Source of the DNA: Candidatus Cloacimonadales bacterium
Lineage (GTDB): Bacteria; Cloacimonadota; Cloacimonadia; Cloacimonadales; JAFGVF01
NCBI GenBank assembly: GCA_963677495.2
Contig: CAXXOU010000004.1
Coordinates: 608,001-672,000, forward strand
DNA length: 64,000 bases
Direction of reading: 5' to 3'
This document shows positions 20,722 through 31,175 of the stretch, piece by piece (the first letter of the stretch is position 1; every line of letters begins with the position of its first letter). The position numbers and the translations under genes were made by a program. The notes below the pieces were generated by a model. The model was not told the origin of the DNA. It ran no database searches and was given only the letters and a program-made list of their open reading frames with translations.

Positions 20722-22956
20722 ATGGGCTTAAAAACAGATTTATCAGATAAGATTATCGATTGTTATCAAGAGATATTAAACAATGAAAAGATAACCGATT
20801 ATGAAGAGCTTTGTAGAATAACTCTGAAAGCTTATCGAAGGCTTTTGGACGCAGGTTATACTCCATCAGAAAACTCAACGAATGCATTTCTAAAAGTTCT
20901 AGAGCACTGTTCAGAAGATAATTCAATGGGATTAACAGAATTAGATGCAAAGGTTATTTTGAAAGCAGGAAGTTTAAGTAATCGTTATGATTTAATTACA
21001 ACAATATTTACAAACCTTCTCCATGTTTCTATCTCTAACAATTTTTCGATATGCCCTATATTAGTAAACTACATAGATTCTTCGATTACAGAACAATGTC
21101 CATATCTTATTGTAGCAAAAGCTTACTATCAGATAATTCAATACTATTCAGGTAAGAAAGAATTTGAGAAGTGCTCTCCCTATTTTGATAAGTTGGAGTC
21201 CATTGTAACTGTTGTGGACGACCCCAAAATAATTTATTACTACTACTTGAGTTATGGCTGTTTTCATTATACACAAGGTGAGTTGTTTAAAGCCATCCAT
21301 TTCTTGAATAGGGTTGTTAGTTACAAGGATAATCCTCCTGATTCTTCACAATATTATAGAGCACATTTTCTACTAGCCTTATCTTATGCTTCAAACTCAA
21401 TTATGGATAAAGCAATTGAACATATTGATGTTCTTTTAAATGAGAATAGTGGATTTAACAAATTGAAGCTATCAACTTACAAAGCAAGGATGTTTAGTCA
21501 GAGAAAAGATTTTGTGTCTGCTGAACGTATTTTATCTGATTTGTTAGCTAAGAACAAAGACAATGAACAAGTATCTAAACTGGTAAATGCTGACCTTTTT
21601 ATGATATCTTTAATGCAAGATAATTCCGAAAAGATTCAGAAGTATTATGAACTAATTGATGATAAAAGCTTATCTAATATTCCCAAACTTTTTCGAGATT
21701 ACTATTACCTGCATACAGGAGAGCTAGACCAAATAAAGTTGGAGAGCATATATAGGGACTATGAGAAGGCCTCTAGAGATAAGAACCCTTATTCAAAACA
21801 GTACTTAAACTTTCTTGTTGAATATTATATTAGAAAGCAGGATTACCAAAATGCATATGATCAGTTTCAAGAACTTCTCAAGAAGAACCGGGAGATTGAG
21901 ACACAGTACAAAATACTGGAACTGGAATCCTATTTGAATCTCTTAGAGAAGTACGAAGAATTCAAGAGTGATGAGATGTCTAAACGGGATTTGGTTTCAT
22001 CAATAGAAAAGAGTAAGTTGGAAAAGAGTATAGTTGGAAAATCACTTGAACTTAGAAAAGTATTAGGTGATAGTAAGATTGTTGCTAATGCTCATTTCTC
22101 GAATGTCCTGTTAACAGGAGAGACAGGAACCGGTAAAGAGTTGATTGCGAAGTTGATTCATTACAACAGTAATAGAAGGAACAAAAATTTCTGTGAGATA
22201 AATCTTTCTGCTCTCTCTCCAACTTTAATTGAAAGTGAACTGTTTGGGTACAAGAAAGGAGCATTTACCGGTGCTCTTCAAGATAAAAAGGGTTTATTGG
22301 AAATTGTACATAATGGAACTTTATTCTTAGATGAAATCTCAGAGATACCCACAGAGATTCAAACTAAGCTTCTCAAAGTTATTGAAGAAAAGAGCTTTTA
22401 TCCTATTGGGGCAACTAAGCCTATGCAATCTAATTTCAGATTAATTTGTGCTACAAACAAAGATTTAAAGAGTTTAGCTGAACAAGATAAATTTAGAATT
22501 GATTTATATTATCGATTATCAAGTTATGAAATTGTAATACCTGCTCTGCGAAAACGTAAGAGTGATATCCCTCTTCTAGTTAAGTACTTCATCAAAATAT
22601 TTTCCGATGAACTGAAGAGACCTGAGTTCTCTCTAACTGATAATCAAATGGACTTACTTTTACAATATGATTTCCCTGGAAATGTGAGAGAACTAAAAAA
22701 TCTAGCACAAAGAATCGTAATTTGCTATCATAACGGACAAGCAGTTGACAATGTTATCAACAGTTTTATCACTTCTAGAGAAATGAATACAGAATTAAGC
22801 ACTTTTAATCTTGAAAAGATTGAGAAGGATACAATAATCAGAGCTTTGAAGAGGTGTAAAGGAGTTCAATCACAGGCAGCTAAGCTACTAGGAATTAGTA
22901 ATAATGCAATCGCTAGAAAGATAAGTAAGCATGGATTAAGAGACATCTGTAAATAA
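20722..22956 (+). CDS. Sigma-54-dependent enhancer-binding protein with TPR-like N-terminus and Fis-type HTH
   Basis: GETGTGKEL, ESELFG..KGAFTGA, FLDEI, FPGNVREL, C-terminal QAAKLLGIS HTH; Tyr-rich helical N-terminus with no receiver domain. Confidence 0.92.
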   Translation: MGLKTDLSDKIIDCYQEILNNEKITDYEELCRITLKAYRRLLDAGYTPSENSTNAFLKVLEHCSEDNSMGLTELDAKVILKAGSLSNRYDLITTIFTNLLHVSISNNFSICPILVNYIDSSITEQCPYLIVAKAYYQIIQYYSGKKEFEKCSPYFDKLESIVTVVDDPKIIYYYYLSYGCFHYTQGELFKAIHFLNRVVSYKDNPPDSSQYYRAHFLLALSYASNSIMDKAIEHIDVLLNENSGFNKLKLSTYKARMFSQRKDFVSAERILSDLLAKNKDNEQVSKLVNADLFMISLMQDNSEKIQKYYELIDDKSLSNIPKLFRDYYYLHTGELDQIKLESIYRDYEKASRDKNPYSKQYLNFLVEYYIRKQDYQNAYDQFQELLKKNREIETQYKILELESYLNLLEKYEEFKSDEMSKRDLVSSIEKSKLEKSIVGKSLELRKVLGDSKIVANAHFSNVLLTGETGTGKELIAKLIHYNSNRRNKNFCEINLSALSPTLIESELFGYKKGAFTGALQDKKGLLEIVHNGTLFLDEISEIPTEIQTKLLKVIEEKSFYPIGATKPMQSNFRLICATNKDLKSLAEQDKFRIDLYYRLSSYEIVIPALRKRKSDIPLLVKYFIKIFSDELKRPEFSLTDNQMDLLLQYDFPGNVRELKNLAQRIVICYHNGQAVDNVINSFITSREMNTELSTFNLEKIEKDTIIRALKRCKGVQSQAAKLLGISNNAIARKISKHGLRDICK

Positions 22957-23266
22957 GGAAATAAATCACAATATCGTCATAATTAACATAAACTTAAGAA
23001 TCTATACTATTATAGTATGAAAAGCTGAATATAGCATAGCTTTACACTATTCATTATTGCAATTAACTTAAATCTAAATTTCATTTAGCGATATGTAAAA
23101 GCTTAAATCGTTATTTTTGTCACAATTTTATTTATCGGCATAAGTGTATGTGTAGTAGACGATAGTAGAATTTAGCTTAGTAAATATAAATGCAAGAGCC
23201 GATTTATGTTGACAATCATAAGTGCAATAGTAAAAGGTGCTCAAAATTAAAATCTTGGAGGATTTA

Positions 23267-24607
23267 ATGACTATTAATGATTTTATGGCACAAGTCGAAG
23301 TGAAGAATCCGGCTCAGCCCGAATTCATTCAGGCAGTAAGAGAAGTTGTGGAGTCAGTTTGGGAGTATTACCATGCACACCCACGCTACGTAAAAGCTAA
23401 AGTATTAGACAGAATCGTAGAGCCTGAAAGAGTCATTATGTTCCGCGTTCCTTGGATGGATGACAAAGGTGAAGTTCAAGTGAACCGTGGATACCGTGTT
23501 GAATTCAACAGTGCTATTGGACCTTACAAAGGTGGATTACGTTTCCATCCTTCTGTAACTTTATCAATCCTTAAGTTCCTCGGTTTCGAGCAGATCTTCA
23601 AAAACAGTCTTACAACACTCCCAATGGGTGGCGGTAAGGGTGGATCTGACTTTGACGCTAAAGGCAAATCAGATGCTGAAATCATGCGTTTCTGCCAATC
23701 ATTCATGATGGAACTTTTCCGTCATATCGGACCTAACACAGACGTTCCTGCTGGTGACATCGGTGTTGGTGGACGTGAGATTGGTTACATGTTCGGTATG
23801 TATAAGAAACTTCGTAATGAGTTCACTGGTGTTCTTACAGGTAAAGGCCTTAACTGGGGTGGTTCACTTATCAGACCTGAAGCTACAGGTTTTGGTGCTA
23901 CTTACTTTGCTAAAGAGATGCTTAAAACAAAAGATATGACTTTTGAAGGCAAGAAAGTTGCTCTTTCAGGTTTCGGTAACGTTGCTTGGGGCGCTGCTCA
24001 GAAAGTTACTATGCTTGGTGGAACAGTTATCACTATTTCAGGTCCTGACGGATACGTTCTCGATGAAGAAGGTATTAACACACCTGAAAAATTCGATTAC
24101 CTTCTTGAACTTCGTGCATCAAACAACGACCGCGTAAGCGATTACGTTGAAGCATTCCCTAATGCTAAATTCTTCCCTGGCAAACGCCCTTGGGAAGTTA
24201 AAGTTGATGTTGCTATGCCATGTGCTACTCAGAACGAACTTAATGAAGATGATGCTAAAGCACTCGTTGCAAATGGTGTTATTGCTATCTCTGAAGGTGC
24301 TAACATGCCTTGTACTCCTGGTGCAGTTCATGTATTCCTTGAGAACAAAATTCTCTTTGCTCCTGGTAAAGCTGCTAACGCCGGTGGTGTTGCAACTTCA
24401 GGTCTTGAGATGTCACAGAACAGCTTACGTTTCAACTGGACTGCTGAAGAAGTTGATGAAAAACTTCACAGAATCATGTGCGACATTCACGATGCATGTG
24501 TTAAGTTCGGTAAAGACGAAGATGGTTTCGTTGATTACGTTAAAGGTGCAAACATTGCAGGTTTCGTAAAAGTTGCTGATGCTATGCTTGACCAGGGTGT
24601 TGTATAA
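23267..24607 (+). CDS. gdhA: NAD(P)-specific glutamate dehydrogenase
   Basis: GPYKGGLRFHP, MGGGKGG, DVPAGD, RPEATG, GFGNVA; ATG 23267 after GGAGG; strong codon bias. Confidence 0.96.
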   Translation: MTINDFMAQVEVKNPAQPEFIQAVREVVESVWEYYHAHPRYVKAKVLDRIVEPERVIMFRVPWMDDKGEVQVNRGYRVEFNSAIGPYKGGLRFHPSVTLSILKFLGFEQIFKNSLTTLPMGGGKGGSDFDAKGKSDAEIMRFCQSFMMELFRHIGPNTDVPAGDIGVGGREIGYMFGMYKKLRNEFTGVLTGKGLNWGGSLIRPEATGFGATYFAKEMLKTKDMTFEGKKVALSGFGNVAWGAAQKVTMLGGTVITISGPDGYVLDEEGINTPEKFDYLLELRASNNDRVSDYVEAFPNAKFFPGKRPWEVKVDVAMPCATQNELNEDDAKALVANGVIAISEGANMPCTPGAVHVFLENKILFAPGKAANAGGVATSGLEMSQNSLRFNWTAEEVDEKLHRIMCDIHDACVKFGKDEDGFVDYVKGANIAGFVKVADAMLDQGVV

Positions 24608-24632
24608 ACTACCCCTTTAACTAGTATATATT

Positions 24633-24668
24633 AAAAGGCTCCCAATCGGGAGCCTTTCTTTGTTTTTT
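24633..24668 (+). terminator. Intrinsic terminator
   Basis: aaaaggctccc-aatc-gggagccttt followed by T-rich sequence. Confidence 0.8.
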
Positions 24669-24794
24669 TACTAAAAGCATCAATTATGGAGGAAGATTGG
24701 GTTGCAATTTATAGTTTCCTATCTATAATATATACAAAGCATTACAAGTATTGCTGATTGTAAATAAGTTTTGTAACTATAGAAGGAGTGCATT

Positions 24795-26150
24795 ATGAAG
24801 AAAGTATCAATCTTGATATCGATGATGTTTGTTTGGATTATATTGAGTGGGCAAACTCTTAACTATCCGGAAAGTATAGCTTATGACTATAATACCGGTT
24901 GGCGCTATATAAGTAATAATGGTAATGGATCAATAATCAGGGATCAAAATGATAATCAATATACATATTTTTCTCAAGGGTTGGGAGGTGTAAGAGGGTT
25001 ACTGGTTCAAGAGCAGAAGCTCTTTGCTGCTACTAATTTGGGATTAGCAGTTTTTGATTTAGTGACTGACCAGCTTGCATCAACTATACCTATTCCAAAC
25101 TCTATTTTTTTAAATGATGTCGTTGCTGATAATTCAGGGAACATCTACATATCGGATAGCCAAGCTTTCAAGATCTTCAAATATTCAATCATTTCAGAAG
25201 TTGTAACTACTTTTGTTGATACTGGAATACAAAATCCTAATGGAATGGTTTTTGATAGTTCGAATGATAGATTGCTTATCGTTTCAGCAAGAGCAAATGC
25301 ACCAATTCAAGCTATAGATCTATCTGATGGTTCAATAAGCACTGTTCTAACTACAAATGTCGGGAGTTTAGATGGGTTAGGTGTTGATAGAAATGGTGCA
25401 ATATACTTTTCTAGTTGGGCAACCAGCTCAATATACCGACTGACAACCCTTAATAGCACTCCGCTACAGATATGGACAGGTATTTCGGGTCCTGCAGATT
25501 TCTATATTTACTATACCGAAACTTCAACTGATAGTTCTGTAAGCATAGAAAGTCAAATATGGATACCTAGTATGCTGAACCAAAGCGTTATAACATATGA
25601 TCTACCAAACACAGTAAATCACTTTAGTCCAAACATAGACAGTCAAAATCAGGATTTATATGGTTGGCGATCTAATTATGAGTATCTACTTCAAGGATAT
25701 AATATTTATCAAAGTAATAATAATAATTTTGGACAAGCAGTATTGGTAACTTCAAGTATTATCCAACCGCAAAACACAGAGAATGCAGTCTATTTTCTTA
25801 ACAATTACTACAATGGTGATGGTTTTATTTGGATAGAATCAATAGAAGTAGATGGAACTCAGCATCTATATGGTCCATATAATGTTAGTGGAACAAACAC
25901 GTTAGAAACTCCTCAAGTAACTGATATTACTATTGATAACGAAGATATAGAAATACAATGGGAACCTGTTACAGGCGCTACATCCTATAAAGTATATGTT
26001 CAAGTGGATGCAGATGGAGATTTTACTGATAATAGTGACTTAGGAATGTTTAGTAGTACAGAATCGATGGTTACTTGGTCAACATCTGGCAATCCTGATT
26101 TTGTGATTTGGGATAGAGCATTCTTTTTCGTAAAAGCTGTAGCTGAATAA
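24795..26150 (+). CDS. Secreted SMP-30/gluconolactonase-like beta-propeller protein with FN3-like C-terminal domain
   Basis: Signal peptide, PES, LNDV..D..GNIYISD, PNG, DGL; C-terminal W..V.GA.SYKVY...FF.VKA. Confidence 0.75.
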   Translation: MKKVSILISMMFVWIILSGQTLNYPESIAYDYNTGWRYISNNGNGSIIRDQNDNQYTYFSQGLGGVRGLLVQEQKLFAATNLGLAVFDLVTDQLASTIPIPNSIFLNDVVADNSGNIYISDSQAFKIFKYSIISEVVTTFVDTGIQNPNGMVFDSSNDRLLIVSARANAPIQAIDLSDGSISTVLTTNVGSLDGLGVDRNGAIYFSSWATSSIYRLTTLNSTPLQIWTGISGPADFYIYYTETSTDSSVSIESQIWIPSMLNQSVITYDLPNTVNHFSPNIDSQNQDLYGWRSNYEYLLQGYNIYQSNNNNFGQAVLVTSSIIQPQNTENAVYFLNNYYNGDGFIWIESIEVDGTQHLYGPYNVSGTNTLETPQVTDITIDNEDIEIQWEPVTGATSYKVYVQVDADGDFTDNSDLGMFSSTESMVTWSTSGNPDFVIWDRAFFFVKAVAE

Positions 26151-26276
26151 GCATCTATTTCTGAAGTAGACTTATCGTTAGGTGAGTTATATTTAGAGTT
26201 GTAATATATTGAACTTAGTTTACACTTTGTCAACTAGTTCAATTCTTTTCCACGATTTTCTCCATAATTAATAAAC

Positions 26277-26364
26277 CTCCCCTGGGTTTCCCTTACCTCT
26301 CTCTTGAGTCTCTCTTGCAAAGGCTAGAGAAAGGCAACGGAGTGGCTAGGGAGAGGCAGGCGAG
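26277..26364. repeat. 11-bp-period array P3 (pyrimidine half, then purine half)
   Basis: ctcccctgggt/ttcccttacct/ctctcttgagt/ctctcttgcaa/aggctagagaa/aggcaacggag/tggctagggag/aggcaggcgag. Confidence 0.8.
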
Positions 26365-26460
26365 ATTTCACCATTTATACCAGACTTTTGTCAGGCTAAT
26401 TCTACTCACGTCTATCATTCTTCACTCAGCAGTAATTAGTGATTCCAAGCTAGTTTTAAC

Positions 26461-26556
26461 TTGGTGATATGTTGGCCAGATCTTGGCAATTAGGCCAGGA
26501 ATAGGCCAAGGGTTTACCAAGTGTTTACCAAGTGTTGCTCAAGAATTACTGCAGGG
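26461..26556. repeat. 11-bp-period fold-back array P4 (TTGG units, then CCAR units)
   Basis: ttggtgatatg/ttggccagatc/ttggcaat // taggccaggaa/taggccaaggg/tttaccaagtg/tttaccaagtg/ttgctcaagaa/ttactgcaggg. Confidence 0.8.
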
Positions 26557-26645
26557 AGTAGAGGGTGTACTTATAGTAGTTTTGTGTAAAATAATCTATT
26601 TGACAAATATGAATCTATTATGCTTCTATGTTAATAGGAGGAATA

Positions 26646-29618
26646 ATGAAACATATTATTGCGCTTATTCTTATAGCATTACCTTTAATGCTTTTTGGGT
26701 TTACTACAGTTTCCGGTGATGTTTCAGGTCAGACTTGGAGTACGGGAACTTACTTTGTTGAAAACTATATTTATGTAGAGGCTAATAGCACTTTAACAAT
26801 CGATGAAGGTGTTGTTGTCAAATTTAAAAACAATGAACTTTTAATTATTCGCGGTACACTTATCGCAACAGGTACAGAAATTAATCCGATTTACTTTACT
26901 TCGATTGATGATGATTCTGTTGGTGAGATAATATCAATTGAAAATGGTTCAGATGGAATGCCCGTACCCGGTGATTGGGATGGCATCGACTTGAACGGAT
27001 ACCAAGATGAACATCAAGGTATTGGAGAATTCGACTGGGTAATTGTTAGGTATGGCGGTAAACACTGGGGTAATGCAGATGCTAATGTACACTTTAATCA
27101 CTCAACTTCAGGGCATTTTATCAATAGTGTTAGTGAACACTGCGTTGATCAAGCAATAAAGATAAGTTCTTGCTCACCTGATATCACAGATAGCATTATG
27201 AGATTTAGTGAAAATCAAGGTATCTATGCCAATAACTTTTCAGGTACGCTTAACGGAAATACAGTTTATGACAATGGAAGTCATGGTATTGAAATAGATG
27301 GTCAATCATATCCGGTGGTTGATTATAATCAGTGTGAAGATAATGATGGCTATGGTATTTTACTGGATTACATAAAATTAACAAGTGTGGTTGGCAATAT
27401 AGGTTCTTCAAACACTATGAACGCAATTGCTCTCTCAGGAGAAATTGAAGCAGACTTTGAGTTATCTCCTTCTCCGGATTACCCTTTTGTTATTAACGAT
27501 CTCATTATAGTACATGAAGATGTAGTCTTTACTATTTATCCCGGTTCGATTCTTAAGGTTGAAGACGATAAATGCATTGAAGTCCATGGAACCTTATTTG
27601 CTAATGGTACAGAAGAGAATAGAGTTGTTTTCACATCTATCAAGGATGATTCATATATCGGTGACACCAATGGTGATGGAGATGCCACTTTACCTGAAGC
27701 AGCTGATTGGAGTGGAATCTATTTAGATGGTATGAATGACACTTATCAAGGTATTGGTGAGTTTGATTGGGTTATTGTAAGATATGGTGGTCGACATTGG
27801 AGTGGGGCAGAAGCGAATGTAGCTTTCTTCTTTTCTGAATCAGGACACTTCAATAATTCAATTAGTGAGTACTCTGTTGATCCTGCACTTAGAACCCATG
27901 AGTGCTCAATAGATATTACAAACAGTGTTTTTAGATACAGCGATAATGAAGGTATTAGATGTAACAACTTTAATGGTCTGATTAGTGGTAATCTTGTAAC
28001 AGATAATGGAAGTCACGGTATCAAAGTCGGACAGTATTGCACCCCTACTTTAAATAATAATACTTGCAATTACAATGATGGTTATGGAATCTACTTGGAT
28101 TATATCATTATAACTTCTATGTTTGGGAATACCGGATATGGCAACTCTATGAATGGCATTGCGATGTCAGGTATTATTGAAGAACATACTATTCTTCCTA
28201 ACAATGGTGATTACCCATACATCTTTAATAGCAATGTTACTGTTACGAGTGGGAACAATTTACTTATCCAACATGGTGCTGTAGTTAAGATCGATACTGG
28301 TAATGGTTTGATTGTAGATGGTTCAGTGATTATAGATGGTACAGCTTCGCAACCTGTAATCTTTACCTCTATTATGGATGATTCCTACTGTGGAGACACA
28401 AATAACGACGGAGACGCTACTACTCCCACTCCGGGTTGTTGGAAAGGTATTCATGTCGATGGTCGGATGCCTGATGATGAAGGTATAGGTGAGTTTGATT
28501 GGGCTATAATACGCTATGGTGGTCAACATTGGGGTGAAGTAGAAGCAGGAATCAAATTCAACGAAGCAGAATCAGGATATGTCAATAACTGCATCTTTGA
28601 GTACATAGAGGATGCAGCACTGAAAGTACAGAGCTGCTCTATTGAAGTAAACAACAGTACATTTAGATATAGTCAAGATCGAGGCATCCACTTCATAGAA
28701 TCAAACTCTCTAGTCAGAGGTTGTACCGTAGAAAGCAATGCCGGAGTTGGTATCGATATTGACGGGATTAGTGATGTTAACCTTGGTAACAATGACCTGT
28801 TAGATATGGGATTAAATACTATCAGAGGTAACGATGAAACTGATGGCTTGCAAATTAGAAATGATAATCAAAATCAAATAAATGCTTATTATAATATATG
28901 GGACTATTCTACAGTATCTGAAATTGATGCAGTTATCTATGATGATGAAGAGGATAGTTGGAGAGGTCAAGTAATGTTCGATCCTTGGTTTATCGGAACC
29001 ATAGCAGTTGATTTAGTAACTGATAGCAGCTTAGACTTTGAAACTGTTTCCGGTACTGATGAGATAACATTACCTGTTACAATTCAGAACATTGGTAATG
29101 CTCCTCTTGAAATATGGGAAGTAACAGTAAATGATGATGCCTTTGAATTTGAGTACGATGATACAGAGCTGCCTCCAACAGAACAACTTACTATCAATGT
29201 TACTTTTGACCCAAGTATTGATGGTGATTATTCAGCACAGCTAAGTATCTATAACAACTCTAATAACAATCCTCAAATTGATATTGAGCTAATAGGTACA
29301 GGACTAAATGTTGGCAATGACGATATAGTTAATCCTAATCAATTGACTTTCGCTGCATCTAACTACCCTAACCCTTTCAATCCTACAACATGTATCAAGT
29401 ACACAATCAAAGAGAGAGCTAAGACTACTTTGAAAGTGTATAACATAAAAGGCAGACTCGTGAATACACTTGTTAATGATATGAAAGATGCCGGAAAGCA
29501 TGAAGTTATTTGGAATGGCATTGATCATAACAATAAGCATGTAGCATCAGGAGTTTACTTCTATCGTTTGCAGAGTTCCAATGACTGCTTAACTAAGAAG
29601 ATGATACTTATGAAATAG
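26646..29618 (+). CDS. Secreted right-handed beta-helix repeat protein with Ig-like and FlgD/T9SS-like C-terminal domains
   Basis: ATG after GGAGG, three repeats containing FTSI.DD..GD...P..GDW.GI...GIGEFDW.I.RYGG.HW, NYPNPFNP CTD. Confidence 0.88.
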   Translation: MKHIIALILIALPLMLFGFTTVSGDVSGQTWSTGTYFVENYIYVEANSTLTIDEGVVVKFKNNELLIIRGTLIATGTEINPIYFTSIDDDSVGEIISIENGSDGMPVPGDWDGIDLNGYQDEHQGIGEFDWVIVRYGGKHWGNADANVHFNHSTSGHFINSVSEHCVDQAIKISSCSPDITDSIMRFSENQGIYANNFSGTLNGNTVYDNGSHGIEIDGQSYPVVDYNQCEDNDGYGILLDYIKLTSVVGNIGSSNTMNAIALSGEIEADFELSPSPDYPFVINDLIIVHEDVVFTIYPGSILKVEDDKCIEVHGTLFANGTEENRVVFTSIKDDSYIGDTNGDGDATLPEAADWSGIYLDGMNDTYQGIGEFDWVIVRYGGRHWSGAEANVAFFFSESGHFNNSISEYSVDPALRTHECSIDITNSVFRYSDNEGIRCNNFNGLISGNLVTDNGSHGIKVGQYCTPTLNNNTCNYNDGYGIYLDYIIITSMFGNTGYGNSMNGIAMSGIIEEHTILPNNGDYPYIFNSNVTVTSGNNLLIQHGAVVKIDTGNGLIVDGSVIIDGTASQPVIFTSIMDDSYCGDTNNDGDATTPTPGCWKGIHVDGRMPDDEGIGEFDWAIIRYGGQHWGEVEAGIKFNEAESGYVNNCIFEYIEDAALKVQSCSIEVNNSTFRYSQDRGIHFIESNSLVRGCTVESNAGVGIDIDGISDVNLGNNDLLDMGLNTIRGNDETDGLQIRNDNQNQINAYYNIWDYSTVSEIDAVIYDDEEDSWRGQVMFDPWFIGTIAVDLVTDSSLDFETVSGTDEITLPVTIQNIGNAPLEIWEVTVNDDAFEFEYDDTELPPTEQLTINVTFDPSIDGDYSAQLSIYNNSNNNPQIDIELIGTGLNVGNDDIVNPNQLTFAASNYPNPFNPTTCIKYTIKERAKTTLKVYNIKGRLVNTLVNDMKDAGKHEVIWNGIDHNNKHVASGVYFYRLQSSNDCLTKKMILMK

Positions 29619-29629
29619 CTCAAACATTT

Positions 29630-29655
29630 AAGGGTAGGTGTTCCTACCCTTTTTT
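29630..29655 (+). terminator. Intrinsic terminator
   Basis: aagggtagg-tgtt-cctaccctt followed by a T tract. Confidence 0.75.
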
Positions 29656-29786
29656 ACATCATTCTGCTTCTTTATCACTGAATTACCCATTTTAAAATAC
29701 AACAAATCGAAGTTGGAAGCAACAATAAATTGACAATCAATTCCTTTTCCTGTATGGTATAAAATATCAAGAGATAAGGAGATGTT

Positions 29787-30650
29787 GTGCAGGAATATTG
29801 GTTCAACAGAACGATTGGCTACATTGAACAAAGGCTGACAAGCAACTTAGAGATGGAGTTGATTGCAGATCATGCAGGTTATAGCTTAACTCACTTTCAT
29901 AGGTTATTCTTTCAAGCGACCGGTCATACTTTGAAAGGATACATAAGACGAAGACGATTAGCTCTAGCACAGCATGAGTTAACTATAACCAATAGTAGTA
30001 TTGCAAAGATAGCCGGTAAGTATGGTTACAAATCCCACGAAGCTCTGACGAGAGCTTTCAAGAAAGAGTTTGGCATAACACCAACTGATTATCGTAAGCA
30101 TCCCCATAAACTTGATATTGTTAAGAATCTTTCGAAAGAGACATTTAGAACATCAGATGAGACCAGTACCTTTTTAGATCCACAATTGGTTAAATTTGAA
30201 GGTTTCAATCTGGTAGGACTTAAACGTAGGATTAAGCCCAATGATCCCGTAATAAAGGATCTGGTCATTGAACTTCACAATCGTTTCCCTGAGATCGCTA
30301 CACGAGTGAAGAAGGAAAAATGTTATTGGCTCTGCAAGAATGCTGAACCGGATGACGAAGGAAACTTGCTGATGTTTGATACTTATCCCTCATTTGAACT
30401 GCTACCAAAATACAAATGTCCGAAAGGCTGGTATTTGAATGAAGTAAAAGCAGGGGAGTACCTTTGCTTTACTCATCGTGGTTCCACTGATAAGCTGAAA
30501 GATAGCTATGTGTACATCTATAGGGATTGGTTTCCAAACAGTAAGTATATTCCATCCATGGATGAGGATTTTGAAGTTTATGACAGTCGATTTAAACCTG
30601 AATCAGAGGATTCTGAATTGTATATTATGATTCGTATAAAGCAGAAGTAG
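29787..30650 (+). CDS. AraC family regulator with GyrI-like effector domain
   Basis: N-terminal AraC HTH (YIRRRRL, S.EALTRAFKK.FG.TP..YR), C-terminal GyrI-like (H.GS...L..SY.YIY..W). Confidence 0.9.
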   Translation: MQEYWFNRTIGYIEQRLTSNLEMELIADHAGYSLTHFHRLFFQATGHTLKGYIRRRRLALAQHELTITNSSIAKIAGKYGYKSHEALTRAFKKEFGITPTDYRKHPHKLDIVKNLSKETFRTSDETSTFLDPQLVKFEGFNLVGLKRRIKPNDPVIKDLVIELHNRFPEIATRVKKEKCYWLCKNAEPDDEGNLLMFDTYPSFELLPKYKCPKGWYLNEVKAGEYLCFTHRGSTDKLKDSYVYIYRDWFPNSKYIPSMDEDFEVYDSRFKPESEDSELYIMIRIKQK

Positions 30651-30658
30651 GAGAAAGA

Positions 30659-31126
30659 ATGAAAATCGAAGCAATAGGCTATATAAAAAGAGATGAACAG
30701 GGAATTTATGTTCAATTGGAGAAGGATTATAAAAGTGCATTAACAGCAGTAGAAGGGTTCAGTTACTTAACACTAGTCTGGTGGGCTCATCTATATGCAA
30801 CTGATGATGCAAGAAAGATTAGAGTAATTGATAAACCATATAAGAAAGGACCTGACAAGATTGGTGTATTTGCCACTCGTTCGCAAGTACGCCCTAATCC
30901 CATCTGTATATCTCCAATGCCGGTTCAAAGCATTGATATGGAGAAAGGAATAATCAGAACCTGGTGGGTTGATTGTGAAGTAGATACACCGATTCTGGAC
31001 ATAAAACCTTACCATCCATGTTCTGATAGGGTGATGAGTGCAAAAGTGCCTGATTGGTGCTCTCATTGGCCTCAGAACTATGAGGAATCAGCTGAGTTCC
31101 CATGGGATCAAGAGTTTAACTTTTAA
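30659..31126 (+). CDS. TsaA/TrmO-like SAM-binding protein
   Basis: GVFATRS..RPNPI and TPILDIKPY motifs. Confidence 0.85.
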   Translation: MKIEAIGYIKRDEQGIYVQLEKDYKSALTAVEGFSYLTLVWWAHLYATDDARKIRVIDKPYKKGPDKIGVFATRSQVRPNPICISPMPVQSIDMEKGIIRTWWVDCEVDTPILDIKPYHPCSDRVMSAKVPDWCSHWPQNYEESAEFPWDQEFNF

Positions 31127-31132
31127 GAAATG

Positions 31133-31162
31133 AAAAAAGGAGTTCCAATCGGAACTCCCTTT
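31133..31162. terminator. Bidirectional terminator
   Basis: aaaaaaggagttcc-aatc-ggaactcccttt between convergent genes. Confidence 0.8.
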
Positions 31163-31175
31163 CATTTATCTATTA

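Noticed and set aside
23754..24569. Alternative-frame ORFs within gdhA, and similar shadow ORFs in other genes
   Set aside because: By-products of codon bias in a well-conserved gene.
24741..24762. TTACAA-N10-TTGTAA dyad upstream of the SMP-30-like gene
   Set aside because: Short AT-rich palindrome seen once, with no cognate regulator identifiable.
26483..26719. 78-aa ORF over array P4
   Set aside because: It overlaps the promoter and start of the real gene; an 11-bp period does not fit a coding repeat.
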